The notes beneath the pieces are model-generated. The model searched no databases, had not been told where the DNA came from, and saw only the letters and a program-made list of their open reading frames with translations. Both the position numbers and the translations under genes were made by a program. A DNA stretch of 64,000 nucleotides from Caloramator sp. mosi_1 (GTDB taxonomy: Bacteria; Bacillota; Clostridia; Clostridiales; Caloramatoraceae), in NCBI RefSeq assembly GCF_028622835.1, contig NZ_CP117677.1:1658820-1722819 (forward strand), read 5' to 3'. Below, one piece after another: positions 58,029 through 64,000 of this stretch; positions within the stretch are counted from its first letter, which is position 1; every line of letters begins with the position of its first letter.

Positions 58029-58189
58029 TATATAAAGTAGTATAAAGTTTTAGAAGGGTATTTTGGTTTAGCCCCGTGAAAGGATTCTATGCCTTTATAA
58101 GTCCAATAACGGGGCTTATTTACTTATATATTTTTAATTAATTTTTTATATGTTATAATACCTGTATAAGGTATAAGGGGGGTGACATA

Positions 58190-58348
58190 ATGAAGATTGT
58201 ACAGAAGATAAAAGAACTAATTAAAGAAATCTATAACGATTATAAAGAATCTGGTAATATTTATAGAACTGGATGCGGATGAGGAGTAAACCCATATTAT
58301 AATGAACGTGCTCTGGAGGAGCACGAAAAAAGTAAGATTAAAAGATAA
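58190..58348 (+). CDS. Small ORF (52 codons) with in-frame TGA at 58280..58282 in the motif TGCG-TGA-GVNP; candidate short selenoprotein or truncated paralog of the next gene
   Basis: Strong RBS 'aaggggggtga'; TGA aligns with the TGA of the downstream HesB-like ORF (Y-x-x-G-x-G-U-G); hairpin 'cgtgctc tggag gagcacg' lies 25 nt after the TGA. Confidence 0.35.
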
Positions 58349-58425
58349 AAGTTGTTTACATTTGTTATGTAAAATAATATAATATAGTATAAATACCTAT
58401 AGAGGGTATAAATGGAGGTGGAAAT

Positions 58426-58728
58426 ATGGAAATAAAAATTACTCAGTCTGCTGCTGAGGAATTAAAGAAAAAATTAGAAGGCAAGGAGCAAAATATTGGA
58501 GTTAGAGTTTATGTTGCAGGTGTTGGATGAGGTGGACCAAGTTATGGTTTAGCTCTGGATGAGCAAAAGAAAACTGATAATGTTTATGAAGTGGAAGGAA
58601 TTAAAGTCATATTTGATAAGGAACTTTCGAGATATACAAGGGGTTTCATAATTGACTACAGAAATTCCTTCTTTGGTAAAAGATTTGTGGTTGATCAGTT
58701 ATACGGAAGAGGCGGATGTTCCTGCTGA
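58426..58728 (+). CDS. HesB/IscA-like A-type carrier protein with in-frame TGA (58528..58530) at the position of the first conserved Cys; candidate HesB-like selenoprotein (100 codons)
   Basis: RBS 'aatggaggtg'; 'VRVYVAGVG-U-GGPSYGLALDE...IKVIFDKELSRYTRGFIIDY...GRGGCSC*' parallels IscA '...GG-C-SGF.Y...IDY...CGCG'; the reading frame continues cleanly after the TGA. Confidence 0.5.
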
Positions 58729-58756
58729 TAAAAAGAGTGCCAGAAATGGCACTCTT

Positions 58757-59715
58757 TTAAAACTTAAAAAGATCATTTTTAATTTTCTTAAATAATGGAG
58801 GTAGATTCATTGTAATTACTTTATCCTCAAGATATTTTAAGTTTCCTCCAATATTTTTAAATATCAATTTATTTGCAACAAGAAGCTGATGATTTAACCC
58901 AAACTTATTAAAGAAAAAGCTGTTGAACTTTTTATTACCGTACTTTGGATCTCCAACTATTGGATTACCTAAATGTGATAAATGAGCTCTTATTTGATGG
59001 CTTCTTCCTGTTACTAAGTCAATTTCCACTACAGAAGCAATACCAACAGATTCTACATTTAATATTTTAGTTATTATTTCTTTGGAATTTTTTATTTTTT
59101 TATCTAATATCATTACTTTATTATTTCTTTCATTTTTGGTTATATATCCTATGTACTCACCAGCAGCAATTTTACCTTTTACCAATGCAGTATATATTTT
59201 TGTATTCCACCAAGTCTAATTGCTTCGTTTATTTGCTTAAGTGAATCGTAGTTTTTAGCAAAAATCACAAGACCCTCTGTATTTCTATCTAATCTGTTGC
59301 AGGGTGATGGTGCAAAGGTTTTTCTTCATCTGGATTATATTCACCCTTATCATAAAGGTAAGCCCATACTACGTCTGTAAGAGTTATTTCGTTTCCTTCA
59401 TCAGGATGAACTAACTGATTAGGTCTTTTTCTACAATCAATATGTTTTCATCTTCATAGGCTACGCTAATATCATAATCAATTTCCAAGAACTTTTTAGT
59501 TTCTTTTTCTTATCTGGATTTATTTCAATATTAAAGCTTAAAATATCACCTTCATTTAATATGTATTTTTCGCTCTGCTTTTTACTGTTTATTTTTATTT
59601 CACCTTTTCTTATAGATTTATATATAGCTCCAAGAGACATATCCTTTAAATATTTTCTAAGGAATTTATCAAGTCTCTGACCTGCCTCATTTTTAGTTAT
59701 AACAATTTCCTTCAT
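58757..59715 (-). CDS. RluA-family pseudouridine synthase (S4 domain N-terminus), several frame pieces
   Basis: 'LDKFLRKYL...SLGAIYKSIRKGEIKIN' (S4) and C-terminal 'LVTGRSHQIRAHLSHLGNPIVGDPKYG'. Confidence 0.75.
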
Positions 59716-59866
59716 ATCATCACCTCATAAAATTATAGTACAATTTATATTATATATATTATCAGCATAAGTCAACAAAAAATAAATAAGTATTTAATTT
59801 TAGATATAAGGATAAATTATTTAAATTATTTCATATATTTTATTAAAAAAATATTTTGGTGGTTTT

Positions 59867-60292
59867 ATGAGAAATAAGATAATTAGAGTGGCTATAATCC
59901 TATTTATTGTTTATTTAGCTTATATAAATTATTATAAAGCAGCCTTTGAATTTGTATTTAATTTTAAAAGTGATTATTCTACTTTAAAATCAATAAAATA
60001 TCACGTACTAACAGAAAGTTATAGTGAAAGTCAAGGTAAATTTGTAAAGCATCAAGATGTCTATTTTATATATCCCAATAAGCTAAGAATTGATACAGTA
60101 AGTGATACAAAAACAACTGAAATATATAACAGTGAAAAGCACTACTACTATGATGAAATAACTAATAAGATAAGGGTGAAATTGTCCTTTCCTCCAAAGG
60201 AACCATATGTGGTAGAAATCTCTAAAAAGGTAATTGATGTAATTAACTCAGGAAGATACGAGTTTTTGGATATGAAGAAAAGAATAACTTAA
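59867..60292 (+). CDS. Hypothetical membrane-anchored or secreted protein (possibly LolA-like), probably continuous with 60296..60892
   Basis: N-terminal TM segment; no strong family signature. Confidence 0.4.
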   Translation: MRNKIIRVAIILFIVYLAYINYYKAAFEFVFNFKSDYSTLKSIKYHVLTESYSESQGKFVKHQDVYFIYPNKLRIDTVSDTKTTEIYNSEKHYYYDEITNKIRVKLSFPPKEPYVVEISKKVIDVINSGRYEFLDMKKRIT

Positions 60293-60520
60293 AGATGGAG
60301 GTTCTTGGGATTAAGAATAAAATAGACCAAAACAACTATATGCATAAAATTTGGATAACAGAGATAAATGGTGTTTTACTACCAATGAGAGAGGAATATT
60401 TTATCAATGGTCAAGTAGTAGAAAAAGTGAGTATACCTATGAAAAAGTAAATGAAGATATTGAAAAAGTGTTTTTGAAATAGAAAGTTTACCTAAGGTTG
60501 AAGTAGTTGATGATGGATAT

Positions 60521-60892
60521 TTGGCCAAGCATTTTGAAACGATGGAACAGGCAAGAAAATACCTTAATTTTAAAGAGGTACTTCCCACAAACTACATCCC
60601 TATATATATTTCTGTTAGTCCTCCTTCAAATAATCCTTGCTTGACGGTAGTATATCTTATTAACAACAAAAGAATAATATTAAGTGAGTGGGTAGGAAAT
60701 CTGGAGTTTAATCCAAATGCTAAAATGGGCAATATAAATGTTTTAATAGTAGAGAATAGTTCTGTCATTTTTATTAAATGGGTTAAGGATAATCTTGTAT
60801 ATGAAATTTGTGGTGAAAAACAAAGTTTAAATGATATAATAAGGATTGCAGAGGAGATTACAAAGGCAAAATTTATATTACAAGGAGAGTGA
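60521..60892 (+). CDS. Hypothetical protein (DUF4367-like C-terminal domain?)
   Basis: ORF only; weak family guess. Confidence 0.3.
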   Translation: MAKHFETMEQARKYLNFKEVLPTNYIPIYISVSPPSNNPCLTVVYLINNKRIILSEWVGNLEFNPNAKMGNINVLIVENSSVIFIKWVKDNLVYEICGEKQSLNDIIRIAEEITKAKFILQGE

Positions 60893-60894
60893 GT

Positions 60895-61781
60895 ATGAAT
60901 AGATTAATTTTTACAGTTGAAGATAATGGTGTAGGAGTTAAAATATCAAACTACTTAAAATATGAAAAGAATATGTCAACAAGGTTGGTGCGTAAACTAT
61001 CAAGAAGGGGTAACATATTAGTAAATAATAAGCCTATAAAAATGGATTATGTTTTAAAATCAAATGATAAAATCGAAGTTATTTTAGACACAGAAGAAAG
61101 CCAAGATATACTACCAGAGGATATACCTGTTGATATTGTTTTTGAAGATACCGACTTGTTAATTGTAAATAAACCTCCCTTTATGGTTGTACACCCTACA
61201 AAGGGGCATCCAACTGGTACTCTTTCTAATGCAGTAATGAACTATTTTAAAACCACTAACCAAAATTCAATAGTAAGGCTTGTAAATAGATTAGATAGAG
61301 ATACCTCTGGGCTTGTTATTATTGCTAAAAGCCAATTTGCACATCAGCAAATGGCAACAAAAATGGAAAAGGATGAGATTGAAAAATATTATATTGCTGT
61401 TGTAGAAGGGTGTATTGAGGGAAAAGGAACAATTGATTTACCAATAGACAGACCTTCTTTAGACTCTATAAAAGAGAAGTTATGGAATCAGGTCAAAGAG
61501 CAGTTACACATTATGAAGTATTAAAATCTTCAAAGGATATGAGTGTGGTTTTAATAAGGCTTGAAACAGGAAAGACGCATCAGATACGAGTACACTTTAG
61601 CCATATAGGTCATCCATTAATTGGTGATACCTTATATGGAAAAGAGAGCACATTAATTAACAGGCAGGCACTCCACGCTTACAAGCTTAGATTCAAGAGT
61701 ATTAGGGAAGATAAAATAATTGAAGTGGTTGCAGATATACCTGAAGATATAAAAAGCTTGATTAAATATATCGAAAAATGA
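60895..61781 (+). CDS. rluD: 23S rRNA pseudouridine synthase, RluD-like (RluA family), one shift near 61490
   Basis: S4 N-terminus, 'HRLDRDTSGLVIIAKS' catalytic Asp motif and 'LETGKTHQIRVHFSHIGHPLIGD'. Confidence 0.8.
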
Positions 61782-61825
61782 AGTAAATTGTATATAATTT
61801 TTTGTTGAATATGAATAAATTGTAT

Positions 61826-61900
61826 AGTATAATTTAAATAAAGTAGGAAGAGCGAGATGCGCGTTGAGAAAAGTGGCAGAGCCGCTTGCACTCGCTCTTC
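61826..61900. other. Long imperfect hairpin (10-bp GC-rich outer stem 'gaagagcgag/ctcgctcttc' enclosing ~36 nt) followed by a T-run; terminator and possible small-RNA element next to the tandem peptide genes
   Basis: Seen directly; longer than a typical terminator. Confidence 0.5.
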
Positions 61901-61906
61901 TTTTTA

Positions 61907-62017
61907 TTATTTAACTCTTTCTCTATTCCTAAAGAATGTTCCAATATAAACTGTTAGTGGGATTGCTATAAGATGAAGTATAATCCAATAAGTCCAACCC
62001 ATTCTTGGTGTATACAT
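61907..62017 (-). CDS. Small hydrophobic peptide (36 aa) 'MYTPRMGWTYWIILHLIAIPLTVYIGTFFRNRERVK', tandem paralog A
   Basis: RBS 'aaggagaatga' 7 nt upstream; one TM helix plus basic tail; 50% identical to the neighbouring peptide. Confidence 0.5.
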   Translation of the reverse strand: MYTPRMGWTYWIILHLIAIPLTVYIGTFFRNRERVK

Positions 62018-62032
62018 AAATCATTCTCCTTT

Positions 62033-62149
62033 CTATTCAATTCCTTTATTTCTTCTCATTGATGCTCCCCAATATAGAAGTAGTGGTATTGCTATGATAT
62101 GTAAAAGTAACCACCAGCCCCATCCAATGTTTGGAGTTAAATTATACAT
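62033..62149 (-). CDS. Small hydrophobic peptide (38 aa) 'MYNLTPNIGWGWWLLLHIIAIPLLLYWGASMRRNKGIE', tandem paralog B
   Basis: RBS 'aaaaggaggtg' 6 nt upstream; same architecture as paralog A. Confidence 0.5.
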   Translation of the reverse strand: MYNLTPNIGWGWWLLLHIIAIPLLLYWGASMRRNKGIE

Positions 62150-62226
62150 AGGAACACCTCCTTTTATATATTCTACTTGTATTTTTTACTAAAATCTAAA
62201 GATTATACATAAAAATGCTTCTCCAT

Positions 62227-63711
62227 TTACTTGGAGAAGCTGAGTTTTTGGGTTAATATGAAGACAGATGCATAAATTAAATAGCATATTAAAATAAACA
62301 TTTGAACAGGAAGGAGTTTTACTAAAATTGAACCAATAATATATACCAATACTCCAATCAAAAGAGGTATGATTATGTTTTTATAAAAATCAAAATTAAA
62401 TCCCTTAAGAGTTTTATAAATACAAGTCAGGTTAATAATTGCTCCAGTAGCTCCAGAAATAGCAAAATTAATACAATATCCATATATATTTATCTGAGGT
62501 ATTGCCATAAGAAAATATATTAATGTTATGTCAATAAGAGAAACAAAGATAGAATTAATTAAAAGATTAAATTGCTTACCCAGTCCGTTTAATATAGAGA
62601 AGGTTAATATTTCAAAATAAACAATAGGCAAACCAATTGATAAATAATATATTAGATTTCCTACAGATGAATCTTTATAAATAAACATTGAAATTTCCTT
62701 TGAAGAATTAAGTAAAATAGCACAGGATGCAAAGGCAACAGCCATAGCAAATTTAATTGTAGTATTTATTCTGTGATTTAATATCTTGTAGTTTTTAAAT
62801 GCAATTTCTTCAGAAATTGAAGGTATTAATAAAGTGCTTAAGGAGGAAATTATTATGGCAGGGAAAAATACAACGTTCATAGCCATCCCCTGAAGTTTAC
62901 CTAACATAGATATTGATTCCTCATAGGGTAATCCTGCAATATGTAGTCTTTTAGGGATTAATATTGCGATTATTGAACTAAACATTGTAGACAAAATACC
63001 ATTTAATGCAAGAGGAATAGACAATTTAAGAAGATTAAATAAAAGTTGAAGGCTATTATCGGATTTACCCGTTGGAGGATTTTGATGTTTAAAATTAATA
63101 AAACATATGAATAATAATATCAAACTTGTTAGCTCTCCTATGGATAGGGCAAGATAGGCAGCTGCTGACTTAATATTTATATCGTATCCCTTTAAAACTT
63201 GAATTAATAGGTATATGCTAAGTATCCTAATTGCTTTTTCAAGAACGTCAATTATTGCAGGTTCTAATACCTTTTGATACCCATAGAAAACTCCTTTAAA
63301 TATAGAGGAAATTGAGACGATAATAAGTGCAGGACAAAAGCAGAGTATACTAAGTTGAGTTCTATCATCATTTAATATATTTTTGAAACAAAACTGGATA
63401 AAAGTATAAGAATAGCCGTTATAAAGATTGACCAAATAATTTCAAATATGCAAGCAATTTTAATAGTATTGTATAATTCACGTGTTTTTCCGAGGGCTTT
63501 TTTCAGCACTTATTTTAGAAATAGATACTGTAACACCACCACCAGTAAAGAAAAGAAACATTGTATATAGAGGAGAAACAAGCTGGTAGAGTCCCATTCC
63601 CTTTGAACCAATTTCACGAGATAAAATTACTGTAAATAAAAAGGCGAGTGCACCTGTTAAAATGTTAGATAAAGTTAATATAAAGGTATTTATAAAAAAT
63701 TTAGAACGCAT
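62227..63711 (-). CDS. MOP-superfamily polysaccharide/oligosaccharide flippase (SpoVB/Wzx-like), two frame pieces
   Basis: ~495 aa, 12-14 TM segments; N-terminus 'FINTFILTLSNILTGALAFLFTVILSREIGSKGMGLYQL'. Confidence 0.65.
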
Positions 63712-63847
63712 TTTACACCCCTATTAACATTTTACATACTATAATAATATGGTGTATTTTTTTTATTATGAAAAGTTAGGGTGAAATGAAGTAAAATAAA
63801 TTATATAGAAAAAGTGCCGCAAGTAAGATTACGGCACCTTTTTAAAA

Positions 63848-64000
63848 TTATTTTAAGTTTTCAGGATTTAATCCTTCAAGTTCTGGAATTACAAATCTTC
63901 CATCTTTTCTTATTAGAACGTCGTCGAAGTAGATTTCTCCTCCACCGTATTCAGGAGTTTGAATATAAACTAAATCCCAGTGTATAGCTGATTTATTTCC
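63848..64000 (-). CDS. 3' end of a minus-strand gene (partial; runs off the window edge)
   Basis: In-frame C-terminus '...[44 protein letters not shown]'; terminator hairpin at 63815..63845. Confidence 0.4.
   Translation of the reverse strand, partial: GNKSAIHWDLVYIQTPEYGGGEIYFDDVLIRKDGRFVIPELEGLNPENLK

Overview
This is a low-GC, Clostridium-like (Firmicutes) chromosomal segment of 64 kb. It carries a mix of housekeeping operons and many insertion sequences.

Core content:
- a complete V/A-type ATPase operon (33.6-42.1 kb)
- a cytoplasmic [NiFe] hydrogenase small/large subunit plus maturation protease (55.0-57.4 kb, minus strand)
- hypB, a large FeS-flavoprotein and hypA (21.0-24.9 kb)
- a sigma-54 (TyrR-like) activator followed by methionine gamma-lyase
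- NfeD plus SPFH and phosphatidylserine decarboxylase
- an ABC-2 exporter with a NarL-type two-component system
- aspartate aminotransferase, a PadR regulator divergent from an MFS pump, ClC channel, NhaC, ZupT, DegV, ndk and yhaM
- a tRNA-Pro(GGG), and a TPP riboswitch upstream of thiT

Mobile DNA is abundant:
- two identical ISL3 copies, each with an 8-bp target-site duplication, plus ISL3-derived MITE, solo-IR and truncated-end remnants
- one intact and one truncated IS1182-like element; the truncated copy is fused to an IS605-family TnpB remnant whose right-end/omega-RNA-like scaffold recurs as a solo copy
- an IS1380-like element abutting a histidine-kinase gene
- a prophage tail-gene remnant at the window start

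Most of the split genes are explained by single-base deletions in A/T homopolymers, which looks like an assembly-error signature rather than decay.

The items most worth follow-up are:
- two adjacent ORFs with in-frame TGA inside a shared G-x-G-U-G motif (a HesB/IscA-like candidate selenoprotein and a short paralog)
- a divergent HprK-kinase-domain-like P-loop protein whose upstream partner gene is cleanly split by one ISL3 copy
- tandem ~37-aa hydrophobic peptide genes next to a long hairpin
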